A stretch of DNA of 58,185 nucleotides from an uncultured Clostridium sp. (GTDB lineage: Bacteria; Bacillota; Clostridia; TANB77; CAG-508): assembly GCA_948471115.1 (NCBI GenBank), contig CAOKRJ010000004.1, positions 1 through 58,185 on the forward strand, given 5' to 3'. The notes below the pieces were generated by a model that was not told where the DNA came from, made no database searches, and was given only the letters and a program-made list of their open reading frames with translations. This document shows, one piece after another, positions 10,963 through 20,066 of the stretch. The position numbers and the translations under genes were made by a program. Each line of letters starts with the position of its first letter. Within the stretch, counting starts at the first letter, position 1.

Positions 10963-11601
10963 TTAAATTTCTTGTTTATTTAATTTTACCGCATTACAAA
11001 TTAATGTTAAGAAATATATTAGTACTAAAAATATTATAAATAATTCATTAACTGGTATTCTTGTTAATGCTATTATACTTACATATAATGCAATTATTCC
11101 TATTAGTGATAATACTGGAATTCCTATACATTTTATGATTCCTTGCTTTCTATATCTTATTACAAAATACACAAGTATTACTATTGTTGTTATAACTAAT
11201 GGTGATATATATTTTGTTATCATTTCCCATATATTTACTTGTGGTATTTGTGCTACTATTACATCTTCATCTTTATTAATTTCTATTTCATATTTTTCAT
11301 TTAGTTTCTGAATTATATTGTTTTGTTGTTCTTCTGTTATTTCTTTTGATACTATTGATACAACCGTTCCAAATGTATTTCCTTGTTGCACTTTTAATTT
11401 ATTTGTGCCTAAAATTTCCTTTGCAATTTCTTCAATTTCATTTACTTTAAATTCTTTGGTTAAATATATATTCATTCTAACAGATTTTGAATATAATAAA
11501 TCATAATTATAGCCTTTTACACATATCATAATTATTCCTGCTAAGATAATTAGCGCAGCTATTACTATCATTATTTTCATAATATTATTAATGTTTTTCA
11601 T
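10963..11601 (-). CDS. Short, divergent SecF-like membrane protein
   Basis: N-terminal TM then KGYNYDLLY (SecF GLNxGIDF-like), an extracellular domain and about 3 further TMs; lies directly after the secD-like gene. Confidence 0.6.
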   Translation of the reverse strand: MKNINNIMKIMIVIAALIILAGIIMICVKGYNYDLLYSKSVRMNIYLTKEFKVNEIEEIAKEILGTNKLKVQQGNTFGTVVSIVSKEITEEQQNNIIQKLNEKYEIEINKDEDVIVAQIPQVNIWEMITKYISPLVITTIVILVYFVIRYRKQGIIKCIGIPVLSLIGIIALYVSIIALTRIPVNELFIIFLVLIYFLTLICNAVKLNKQEI

Positions 11602-11624
11602 TATCTAACATTCCTTTCTTCACT

Positions 11625-13022
11625 TTATTTTTTTGCTTCTTCAATTAGTAATTTTCTTGTAAATAGAACATTCATTAATGCTATTACAATTACTCCCCAG
11701 AATAAAAGTGTTCCTATTGAAGAAATTGCTGAAGATGTGCCATATGTGAATATAACTGATGGAATTAAAGTTATTATTAATAAATCTATCACCTTTAAAC
11801 ATGATTTATATATTTTTGCTTTTCTATCTTCTTTAGAATCATCTTTGTCTAAGTTTCCTAAAATTTTACAATTTACATATGTGTTTATTAATATAAGTAT
11901 TATACTAGGTATTATAGTCTCAAGACCTATTTCTGTTTTTGTATATCTTATTATAATTAATAATAGTGATATTGAACCAATATAGACTATTGCTGATAAT
12001 AAACCTAATTTTTTGTATCTAATTATTATATATACTATTGTTATTAAAATTATTAATCCTATTATACCTAACATGATATATTGAAATATATTGTTCGCAT
12101 ATATAGATTGTATATAATCACTTGCCTGTACCTCATATTCTAGTGGCATTTCTCCATTAGATAATAATGTTGCATAATATTGCGCTTGTTCTACATTTTC
12201 ACTAATTGTATCACTGTCTGTGCTTGATGAACCAATTGTTATAGTTAATTCGCCATTTTTTATTTCTTCATCAAAGTCTGTTGATAAAAAGTCTTCTTCA
12301 TTTATTTTCATTGTAATTGTTTTTTCATTTGTTGTTTCTTCTGTACCCTCTGTATTTTCTGCATCATCAGTGTTTTCAGATTCCTCTACTTTTTTATAAT
12401 CTTTACTAATTTGTTCTATTTTCTTTTTTCCTTCTTTGTTAAATTTTATACTTAAATATACAGTAACTCCTGATTCTGTTGAATTATATAGAACACTCGC
12501 ATTTTTAATATCATCATTTGTCATTAATACTGTTTTATCATTTGTATCTACTATTTCAAATTTTCCACTTGACAATAAATGTGATAGAGTTGTGTCTGTA
12601 TTGTCCGTATCTGCTAATTCTACATATATATTTCCATTTTCTTCATTTAATCTTACATCATAATTTGCTATTTTTGAAGTTTTTAATCTTCCCCTTATAA
12701 TTTTTTCTGCCTTTTGGTAATTTTCTTTTGTTTTACTTTCTTCACTATTTTCTGGTACTTGTTCTTTTGTGTATGAATTTTCATCTGCACCTTCTGGTAT
12801 TGATTCTACAATATTTCCTTCTGAATCACGAATTACCTCATGTGTATGGTCTCCTACTTTTAATATAGTTATTCTTGAACCTTTAAGACTTAATCCTAGT
12901 TCATAATCTGGTAATATATTATTGTAGGATACTAATTTTTTTATATATATTCCTCCAAATCCTACTACTGTAACTAATACCATTATTAATATTATTAGTG
13001 CAATTTTTAATTTTTTTTCCAC
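11625..13022 (-). CDS. Divergent SecD-like membrane protein
   Basis: TM then ELGLSLKG (SecD LGLDLxG-like), P1-like extracellular domain, LLSNGEMPL (L.SG.LP-like) and 5 C-terminal TMs; GTG start at 13022 after AAGGA. Confidence 0.7.
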   Translation of the reverse strand: MEKKLKIALIILIMVLVTVVGFGGIYIKKLVSYNNILPDYELGLSLKGSRITILKVGDHTHEVIRDSEGNIVESIPEGADENSYTKEQVPENSEESKTKENYQKAEKIIRGRLKTSKIANYDVRLNEENGNIYVELADTDNTDTTLSHLLSSGKFEIVDTNDKTVLMTNDDIKNASVLYNSTESGVTVYLSIKFNKEGKKKIEQISKDYKKVEESENTDDAENTEGTEETTNEKTITMKINEEDFLSTDFDEEIKNGELTITIGSSSTDSDTISENVEQAQYYATLLSNGEMPLEYEVQASDYIQSIYANNIFQYIMLGIIGLIILITIVYIIIRYKKLGLLSAIVYIGSISLLLIIIRYTKTEIGLETIIPSIILILINTYVNCKILGNLDKDDSKEDRKAKIYKSCLKVIDLLIITLIPSVIFTYGTSSAISSIGTLLFWGVIVIALMNVLFTRKLLIEEAKK

Positions 13023-13041
13023 TGTTCTCAATCCTTTCAAT

Positions 13042-13701
13042 CTATAATAATTTTGTATCATTAATTATAAGTTCAAACCATATTTTTAAATATTTTGCTG
13101 CAAATTTGCTCATTATCATTCTGTCTATAAATATTTCAAAATAATCTAATACTGGACATATTTCTGTGTCAATTTTAATTGATAAAACAATTTTTCTTTT
13201 TTCTTTGTCTAGAGTAAGTTGCGCATCTGTAACTGCATAATTTACTTTATCATGTTTATCAAATGTTGCTATATTTGTTTTTACAACTCGATTTCTGTGT
13301 ACATCTGATTTATCTGCTAAAATTAATGCTGCTGAGATGTCACTTACTGCTGTTCCTGTTGCTTCATCATGATTTCCTATTGCTGTCATAATTTCTGTTC
13401 TTAATTGTGGATCCATTCCAATATCTTTTAAAATGTCGTATGCAAGTATTGCTCCTGAATGTGCATGGTCTTGCCTGTTTACACAGTTTCCTATGTCATG
13501 TAAATATCCTGCTATTTTTGCTAATTCTACTCTTTCTGGTGGATACCCTAAATCTTGTAAAATTTTTCCTGCTCTTTCTGATACAATTGATGTGTGTCTT
13601 ATTGAATGTTCTGTATATCCTAATACATTTAACTGTTGCTGGGAACCACTTACTAGAGCTTGTACCTCTGGATTTTTTCTTACATCTTCGAGTGTTATCA
13701 T
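13042..13701 (-). CDS. HD-domain phosphohydrolase
   Basis: GYTEHSIRH, LHDIGN, HAHSGA, IGNHDE, LADKSD. Confidence 0.88.
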   Translation of the reverse strand: MITLEDVRKNPEVQALVSGSQQQLNVLGYTEHSIRHTSIVSERAGKILQDLGYPPERVELAKIAGYLHDIGNCVNRQDHAHSGAILAYDILKDIGMDPQLRTEIMTAIGNHDEATGTAVSDISAALILADKSDVHRNRVVKTNIATFDKHDKVNYAVTDAQLTLDKEKRKIVLSIKIDTEICPVLDYFEIFIDRMIMSKFAAKYLKIWFELIINDTKLL

Positions 13702-13760
13702 TTTCTAATAACCTTCCTTTCAGTTCATTCGTATATTAACTATTGAATTTTATAATAAAT

Positions 13761-13792
13761 AAAAAAAAATTTCAACCCTTTTGGTTGAAATT
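13761..13792 (-). terminator. Intrinsic terminator after the toxN-like gene
   Basis: AATTTCAACC/GGTTGAAATT stem followed by a T9 run on the minus strand. Confidence 0.75.
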
Positions 13793-13837
13793 ATTTATAT
13801 TTCTTATGTTACAAGTATAAAAGCCAGTAATTAAATA

Positions 13838-14376
13838 TTAATTACTAGACATTTTGTTATATAATTGTCCTTTTTCTTCTAAAAGTTTAAAATTGCAACA
13901 TCTTTTAGAAAGATTAGAAGTAGGATTATTAATTTTTTCATTATATAATCTAATTGCATTCTTTTTGATCTTTTCCATTTTGTCATTAATTAAATCTAAT
14001 TCAAAACTCAAGAATGATATGTATAATGTTTTTTCTTTATAATTAGAAAAATCCCTATACTTTTCTATGTCTTTGTACTTTAATTCCTGAACATTCTCAT
14101 CTAATATTGGAATCATATTATTAAGATTTAGTACACCTATTATCCTATCATCTTGCGTTATTTTTATAAAATCCATACCTTCTCGTATTTTATAGTGTTT
14201 TTCTTTTACTGAAGATATTGGAACATAATAATTGAAATCATTTATAGTTATTAATATGCCTATATATGGTTTTAATTTTGTATTATATTCAATATTTTCA
14301 ACTTTTTCATCAAATTGTCTCAAATAATTTACATATTCTTTATCTGCTATATACCATTTTAACTTATTTTTTTCAT
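13838..14376 (-). CDS. toxN: Type III TA toxin, ToxN/AbiQ-family endoribonuclease; start codon out of frame at an A7 tract
   Basis: KLKWYIADKEYVNYLRQFDEKV...KPYIGILI...YYVPISS...GVLNLNNMIP...RCCNFKLLE. GGAG RBS and ATG 14376 are followed by A7 (14367-14373), which needs A8 to be in frame. Confidence 0.85.
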
Positions 14377-14398
14377 TTTTTGCTCCATATTAAATTTA

Positions 14399-14422
14399 GG
14401 TGGTAAAGTTTCCTATACCACC
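14399..14422 (-). terminator. Hairpin between the antitoxin repeats and the toxin
   Basis: GGTGGTA-TAGGAAACTT-TACCACC, in the position typical of type III TA operons. Confidence 0.7.
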
Positions 14423-14538
14423 TCTTTTACATCCATTTTTGACTGGAATGGTAAAACCTCTTTATATACCTATTTTTAACTGGAATAGTAAAACCTCTTT
14501 ATATGCCCATTTTTGACTGGAATGGTAAAACCTCTTTT
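14421..14538 (-). ncRNA. toxI: ToxI/antiQ-like RNA antitoxin: three tandem 36-37 nt repeats plus a partial copy
   Basis: Units at 14421-14456, 14457-14493 and 14494-14530 (minus strand TTTTACCATTCCAGTCAAAAATGG...AAAGAGG), with no spacers, between the promoter and toxN. Confidence 0.85.
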
Positions 14539-14576
14539 ATCATAACTGTAATAAGTTATTCTGTATTATTATATTA

Positions 14577-14606
14577 ATTATACGTCATTTTTATTCTATT
14601 TGTCAA
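14577..14606 (-). promoter_or_regulatory. sigmaA promoter of the toxIN operon
   Basis: TTGACA-18 nt-TATAAT on the minus strand. Confidence 0.8.
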
Positions 14607-14642
14607 TAGTTTCAATTTTTTTAGTGTCGAGATAAACCTCTT

Positions 14643-15824
14643 TTATTTTAACAATTCCATTGCCTTTTGTAATTGCTCGTCTTCTTCTGTTTCTTTTTCT
14701 TCTACAATTTCATAATCTGGTGTAATTCCTACTTTATTGATTTTATTTCTATTTGGAGTGAAATATTCTTTTATTGTTATTTTTAGTCCACTTCCGTCAT
14801 TTAATGTATATAATTCTTGTATAACTCCTTTTCCAAATGTTTTTTCTCCTACAATTCTTGCTTTTTTATAGTCTTGTATTGCTCCTGCTAGTATCTCTGA
14901 GGCACTTGCTGTTTCATTATTTACTAAAATTATAATAGGTACATCTATAATAGGATCATTTTTTGATGTTTCTATTTCTTCTGCTTTGTTCTTATCTGCT
15001 GTTATTAACATTGTAGAATCTTTATCTAAAATATAATCTGTTATTTGTAATGCCTCGTCTACTATTCCTCCACCATTATTTCTTAAATCTATAATCAAAG
15101 ATTTTACATTTTTATTTTTTAATTCTTCATATGCAGTTTTAAATTGCTCTGCACATCCTTCATCAAAAGTAGCAAGTTCTATATAACCTATATTTTCTTC
15201 TAATACTACTCCTTCTACTGGATATAGTTCTACACTTGCTCTTTCTAATGTATAATTAATTGTTTGCCCATTTCTTATTATTTCTAAATCAACTGTTGTT
15301 CCTTCTTCTCCTTTTATGTTTGTAGACATTTTTGTTAATTCACTTGCATCATAAGATACTCCATTTACTTTTGCTATTATATCTTTAGCTTGCAATCCTG
15401 CCTTTTCTGCTGAACTATTTTTTATAGTTGAAGAAACCTTTATAACATTATTTTTTGTGTCTGCTTCCATATAAATTCCAATTCCTACATAATTTCCTGT
15501 TGTATATGTTGTAAATGTTTTCATTTCTTCAGGAGTAAAGTATTCTGTGTATTCATCTCCTACTGCACTAATATATCCTTTTATTGCTGCTTCTATCATT
15601 TCACTTTCATTCATATCATATAGATATCTTTTGTTTAATAATTCCTTAAAAGAGGTTAATGTAGCTCCTAATCCAGTTGTGTCTCCCTTTGTTACTGCAA
15701 TGTATTTTATACCTCCAGTTCTATATAATAAAACACTTGTTACACAAAATGTTACAACAGCAGTAATAATTATTATCATTACAGTTTTGTATATTCGTGA
15801 TAATTTTTCTTTGTTTATTTGCAT
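14643..15824 (-). CDS. S41 carboxyl-terminal processing peptidase (CtpA-like)
   Basis: PDZ (VGIGI), IDLRNNGGG, TASASEI, GEKTFGKG. Confidence 0.92.
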   Translation of the reverse strand: MQINKEKLSRIYKTVMIIIITAVVTFCVTSVLLYRTGGIKYIAVTKGDTTGLGATLTSFKELLNKRYLYDMNESEMIEAAIKGYISAVGDEYTEYFTPEEMKTFTTYTTGNYVGIGIYMEADTKNNVIKVSSTIKNSSAEKAGLQAKDIIAKVNGVSYDASELTKMSTNIKGEEGTTVDLEIIRNGQTINYTLERASVELYPVEGVVLEENIGYIELATFDEGCAEQFKTAYEELKNKNVKSLIIDLRNNGGGIVDEALQITDYILDKDSTMLITADKNKAEEIETSKNDPIIDVPIIILVNNETASASEILAGAIQDYKKARIVGEKTFGKGVIQELYTLNDGSGLKITIKEYFTPNRNKINKVGITPDYEIVEEKETEEDEQLQKAMELLK

Positions 15825-15915
15825 TTATACCTCTCCTTTACATTTTTAATTGCAAAAGTTAATTAACATTATGCTTATATATTTTAGATATATTAACCAT
15901 CAAATTTATAATATT

Positions 15916-15985
15916 CGGCTTGCAAAAATGCAAAAATAATAAAATAAATTTTATTATTTTTGCATCTAATCTTTGTTGCCACTAT
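15916..15985. repeat. REP-like intergenic repeat with AT-rich hairpin
   Basis: TGCAAAAATAATAAAA-TAAA-TTTTATTATTTTTGCA; ends GCCACTATA (minus strand TAGTGGC). Confidence 0.6.
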
Positions 15986-16007
15986 ATATTATATTCACAA
16001 TTTATTT

Positions 16008-17189
16008 TTATAGACCTATATATGGTGCTGGATTTACATATGTACCATTTTTCAATACTCCATAATGTAAGTGATATCCTGTTGAAGCTCCTGTTGAACC
16101 TACTGTTGCAATTATTGATCCTCTTGCTACTTTGCTTCCTAACCCTACATTAATGGTTGAACAGTGTGCATATACTGTAACTAGTCCTCCACCATGACTT
16201 ACCATAATATAATTTCCAAATCCACTACCACAACCACAGCTTCTTGATTTTCCATAATTGTGTGAACAGCCTGTATAAACTGCTATAACTGTACCAGCTT
16301 CTGATGCAAGGATTGCTTTTCCTTTTGGTGCTGCTAAGTCTATTCCTTTATGATATGATGAACCTCCTGCTAATGGGCTACCTCTTGAACCAAAGTATGA
16401 AGAAACTCTTGTATATCCTGGACATGGGAATTCTAAACTACCACCAGAATATGAACCTCCTGTATTTGAGTTTTGTTGTGCTAATCTTCTCCATTCTTCT
16501 TCTTGTCTTGCTAATTCAGCTGATTTTGCTTCTTTTTCTTTTTGTAATGCAGCATCTTCTGCATTCAATTTTGAAACTATATTTTGTCTTTCATTTCTTT
16601 TATTTGTTAATGTAGTTTTTTGTTTTTGGACTTGTATCTTTTCTTCTTCTGCTTTCTTTTTCTTATCTTCTAATGTTATCTTATCACTTTCTATTTTTTC
16701 TTTTTCCTTTTCTAATTCATCTAATAATTGCTCATCTAATTCTAGTATTTCATTTAAAGTATAATAACTAGATAGAAAATCTGTTAAGCTAGTAGAATTT
16801 AAGAATACATCTAATATTGTTTTCTTTCCATATTTGTATTGTCTAACTACCCTTTCACATGCAAGGTTATGTTTTTTATCATATTCTGCTTTTTTTAGCT
16901 CTAATTCTTTTTCTAATTCACTTATCTCTTTTTCTAATTCTTTTAGATTTTTTTGAACTACATCTAAATTATATTGAACTTCTGCAATATCTCCATCTAA
17001 TGAATCTAATTGTTTCATTTCTTCTGATAAGTTATTTTGTACTTCTTTCAATTCTTTTTCAATTTCATTAATTTCATCTTTAGTATCTTGTATATCCTGT
17101 TGAGTTACTGCATATGTACTATAAATTGTAGAAAAAATTAATATTGCTACTAATAATACTGATAATACTAATTTTATTTTTGCTTTCAT
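16008..17189 (-). CDS. Coiled-coil plus M23 peptidase (EnvC/CwlO-like partner of FtsEX)
   Basis: Signal peptide, long coiled coil, HKGIDL, YAH, GSTGASTGYHLHY. Confidence 0.9.
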   Translation of the reverse strand: MKAKIKLVLSVLLVAILIFSTIYSTYAVTQQDIQDTKDEINEIEKELKEVQNNLSEEMKQLDSLDGDIAEVQYNLDVVQKNLKELEKEISELEKELELKKAEYDKKHNLACERVVRQYKYGKKTILDVFLNSTSLTDFLSSYYTLNEILELDEQLLDELEKEKEKIESDKITLEDKKKKAEEEKIQVQKQKTTLTNKRNERQNIVSKLNAEDAALQKEKEAKSAELARQEEEWRRLAQQNSNTGGSYSGGSLEFPCPGYTRVSSYFGSRGSPLAGGSSYHKGIDLAAPKGKAILASEAGTVIAVYTGCSHNYGKSRSCGCGSGFGNYIMVSHGGGLVTVYAHCSTINVGLGSKVARGSIIATVGSTGASTGYHLHYGVLKNGTYVNPAPYIGL

Positions 17190-17236
17190 TTCTCTTTAAT
17201 TCCTTTCGTTTGTATTTCTTATATTTTTCTATAATA

Positions 17237-18148
17237 TCACACCTCTAAGTATTTACGCATTGACATACCACTTCCTAATACACCAATTCCTATTCCTATT
17301 GTTAAATACATAATTAAAATTAAATTAATCATATCTGCAAATGATACTAAGCTTATATTTAATTTTTGTAATGTTTCTACTTGTACTGCTTGTACTGCAA
17401 TAGCATTATATGCAAATCCAACTATTATTAGTGTGATTAGTGCTGCTATTATTCCAATTATCATTCCTTCTACTACAAATGGCCAACGTATAAAGTTATT
17501 TGTTGCTCCTACATATTTCATGATTGATATTTCTTTTCTTCTAGCATGTACTGATAATTTTATTGTATTTGATATAATAAATATTGATATTATTATTAGT
17601 GCAACAAGTATTACAAATATTCCTATCCTTAGACCTTTTGCAATTGATGATAATGTTTCTATTGTACTATCTGTTGCTACAATATCATCTATGATTTCTT
17701 TATTATCTATTCTTATATCTCTTATTTGTTGTTGAACTTGCTTATTTAAAGATAAATCTGTTAGTGTTACTGTATATGAGGCTTCTACATAGTCTTCTGT
17801 AACTCCTTCCATGAATTTATCATGGTCTTTCATATCATCTTTCATCTGATTTAGAGCATCTTCTTTTGATACATATTTTGTAGTATTAACTCCTTCAATT
17901 TTCATTATCTCTTGTTCTACTTTTTTTATTTGTTCATCTGTTGCATCTTTTACTATAAATGCTTGCATTCCTTGTTGTTTTTCTATATTTGTTACTATAT
18001 GATTAATATTTTCTCCTAGTATAAAGAATGCTCCAAACATTAACATTGTTAAACACATGGTTGTTATTGAAATCATTGTAGACTTTTTGTTTTTTAAAAC
18101 GTTTCTAAATCCTTCTCCAATCAAATAACTAATAATATTATATCTCAC
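17237..18148 (-). CDS. ftsX: Cell division permease FtsX
   Basis: IISNTIKLSVHARRKEISIMKYVGAT..FIRWPFVVEG; follows ftsE; GTG start. Confidence 0.93.
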   Translation of the reverse strand: MRYNIISYLIGEGFRNVLKNKKSTMISITTMCLTMLMFGAFFILGENINHIVTNIEKQQGMQAFIVKDATDEQIKKVEQEIMKIEGVNTTKYVSKEDALNQMKDDMKDHDKFMEGVTEDYVEASYTVTLTDLSLNKQVQQQIRDIRIDNKEIIDDIVATDSTIETLSSIAKGLRIGIFVILVALIIISIFIISNTIKLSVHARRKEISIMKYVGATNNFIRWPFVVEGMIIGIIAALITLIIVGFAYNAIAVQAVQVETLQKLNISLVSFADMINLILIMYLTIGIGIGVLGSGMSMRKYLEV

Positions 18149-18827
18149 TATTATAACCACCTTTTTTATCGTCTCTTACTATGACACCTTTATCTATTTG
18201 AATAACTCTTTTTTTCATTTCGTCAACTATATCTTTTGCATGAGTTGCTACTACAACGGTTGTTCCTCTTAAATTTATTTCATTTAATAGATTCATTATA
18301 TCCCAAGCTGTCTCTGGGTCTAAGTTTCCTGTTGGTTCGTCTGCAATAATCATTGATGGATTATTAACTAATGCTCTGGCTAGTGCTACTCTTTGTTGTT
18401 CTCCTCCAGAAAGTTCATTTGGATACATTTTGGCTTTTCCACTAAGTCCTACTAGTGATAATACCATTGGTACTTGTCTTCTTATATGTCTTGGTGTTGC
18501 TCTTACTATATACATTGCATATGCTACATTATCATATACTGTTTTGTCTGGTAATAATCTAAAGTCTTGAAACACTACTCCCATACTTCTTCTTAAGTAT
18601 GGAACTCTACTTTTTTTTAAAAATGTAGTGTCTTTCCCATTTATTATTATATTGCCTGATGTTGGTTCTTCTTCTTTTAATATCATTTTTATTAATGTTG
18701 ATTTTCCTGAACCTGATGCTCCTACTAAAAATGCAAATTCTCCTTTTTCTATTTTAAAGTTTGCATTTTCAACTGCTGGCACATCACTGGTTCCATATAC
18801 TTTTCTTACATTTCTAAATTCTATCAT
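18138..18827 (-). CDS. ftsE: Cell division ATP-binding protein FtsE
   Basis: GASGSGKST, VVFQDFRLL, LSGGEQQRV, ADEPTGNLDP. Confidence 0.95.
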   Translation of the reverse strand: MIEFRNVRKVYGTSDVPAVENANFKIEKGEFAFLVGASGSGKSTLIKMILKEEEPTSGNIIINGKDTTFLKKSRVPYLRRSMGVVFQDFRLLPDKTVYDNVAYAMYIVRATPRHIRRQVPMVLSLVGLSGKAKMYPNELSGGEQQRVALARALVNNPSMIIADEPTGNLDPETAWDIMNLLNEINLRGTTVVVATHAKDIVDEMKKRVIQIDKGVIVRDDKKGGYNSEI

Positions 18828-19074
18828 TTTTGCTCTCTTCCTTAATAGATTTATAAATAATTGAATTTGTAATTATATATATTATGACATTTTTCTCTAT
18901 GATTTTTAAAAAAATTTACTCTATACATATATACATTTATATCATAACAATAAATAAAATTTATTTCAAGACTTTTTTATCAATATTTTTTATTAATTTT
19001 TGGTTATTCTTCCTCTTTCTTACGTATTCCTCATTTTCATGTCGTTTTTTGTTACTTTGTAAATTTTTTGTGTC

Positions 19075-19911
19075 CTATTTTTTTCTTTGTTTAACAATTT
19101 CATACATTACAATTCCTGCTGATACTGATGCATTTAGTGAGTTTATTTTTCCTTTCATTGGAATTTTTACTAATCCATCACAGTTCTTTTTTACTAAGTC
19201 GCTCATTCCAAAGCCTTCACTCCCTATTATTATGGCTGACCCATCTCTAAAATCTTGATTGTAATACATATTCTTAGCTTGTCCATCAGTTCCATAAATC
19301 CATACACCATTTTCCTTTAAGTATTTTATTGTATCATTTATATTACTAACTCTCGCTATTTTTACATATTCTACAGCTCCTGCTGAGGTTTTTGCTACTG
19401 TTGCATTTACTGCTACTGACCTTCTTTTAGGTATTATTATACCATGTACCCCTGCTGTTTCTGCTGTTCTAATGATTGACCCCATATTATGTGGATCTTC
19501 TATTCCATCTAAAATTAGTATAAATGGTTTTTCTTCTTTTTCTTTTGCATATTCTAATATATCATATACATCACAGTATTCAAATGGTGGAACTATTGCT
19601 ATTACTCCTTGATGATTTTTTGTTTCTGATATTTCATCTAGTTTGGATTTTTGAACTTCTACCATTACTATTCTTTTTTCTTTCGCTTTTGCTATTATTT
19701 TATTTATTGAACCATTCTTTTCTCCAGATTGTATAAATATTTTGTTTATATCTTTTCCAGATTCTAATAGTTCTAAAACAGGGTTACGACCTTCTATTAT
19801 ATCATCATATATTTTTTGTGGTTTGTTATTATCTACTCTTACATTATTGTTTTTCCTTATATTTTCTTTTGAAAAACCTTTTTTGCTATATTTGGAATTT
19901 CTATTTTTCAT
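19075..19911 (-). CDS. rlmB: 23S rRNA (guanosine-2'-O)-methyltransferase, TrmH/SpoU family
   Basis: EGRNPVLE, HQGVIA, LDGIEDPHNMGSIIRTA, GSEGFG, SLNASV. Confidence 0.9.
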   Translation of the reverse strand: MKNRNSKYSKKGFSKENIRKNNNVRVDNNKPQKIYDDIIEGRNPVLELLESGKDINKIFIQSGEKNGSINKIIAKAKEKRIVMVEVQKSKLDEISETKNHQGVIAIVPPFEYCDVYDILEYAKEKEEKPFILILDGIEDPHNMGSIIRTAETAGVHGIIIPKRRSVAVNATVAKTSAGAVEYVKIARVSNINDTIKYLKENGVWIYGTDGQAKNMYYNQDFRDGSAIIIGSEGFGMSDLVKKNCDGLVKIPMKGKINSLNASVSAGIVMYEIVKQRKK

Positions 19912-19940
19912 AGTTATTATTGTCCTTTCATATTATTTTT

Positions 19941-20065
19941 TAGTGGGCATTGTACACCAAGTAAAATTTGCTTCGCAAATTTTCCATGACTCATTCACAA
20001 AAGTATAAAAATAATAAAATTAATTTTATTATTTTTATACTCTTTCTCATTTCGTCCGCCCCTAC
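19941..20065. repeat. Longest copy of the composite REP-like repeat, directly after the lepA stop
   Basis: Ends TAGTGGGC...GCCCCTAC (minus strand GTAGGGGCG); internal AAAATTTGCTTCGCAAATTTT and GTATAAAAATAATAAAA-TTAA-TTTTATTATTTTTATAC hairpins. Confidence 0.7.
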
Positions 20066-20066
20066 A

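Noticed and set aside
14421-14538. CRISPR array (36-37 nt repeats)
   Set aside because: The repeats are contiguous with no unique spacers, there are no cas genes, and they lie directly upstream of a ToxN-like gene
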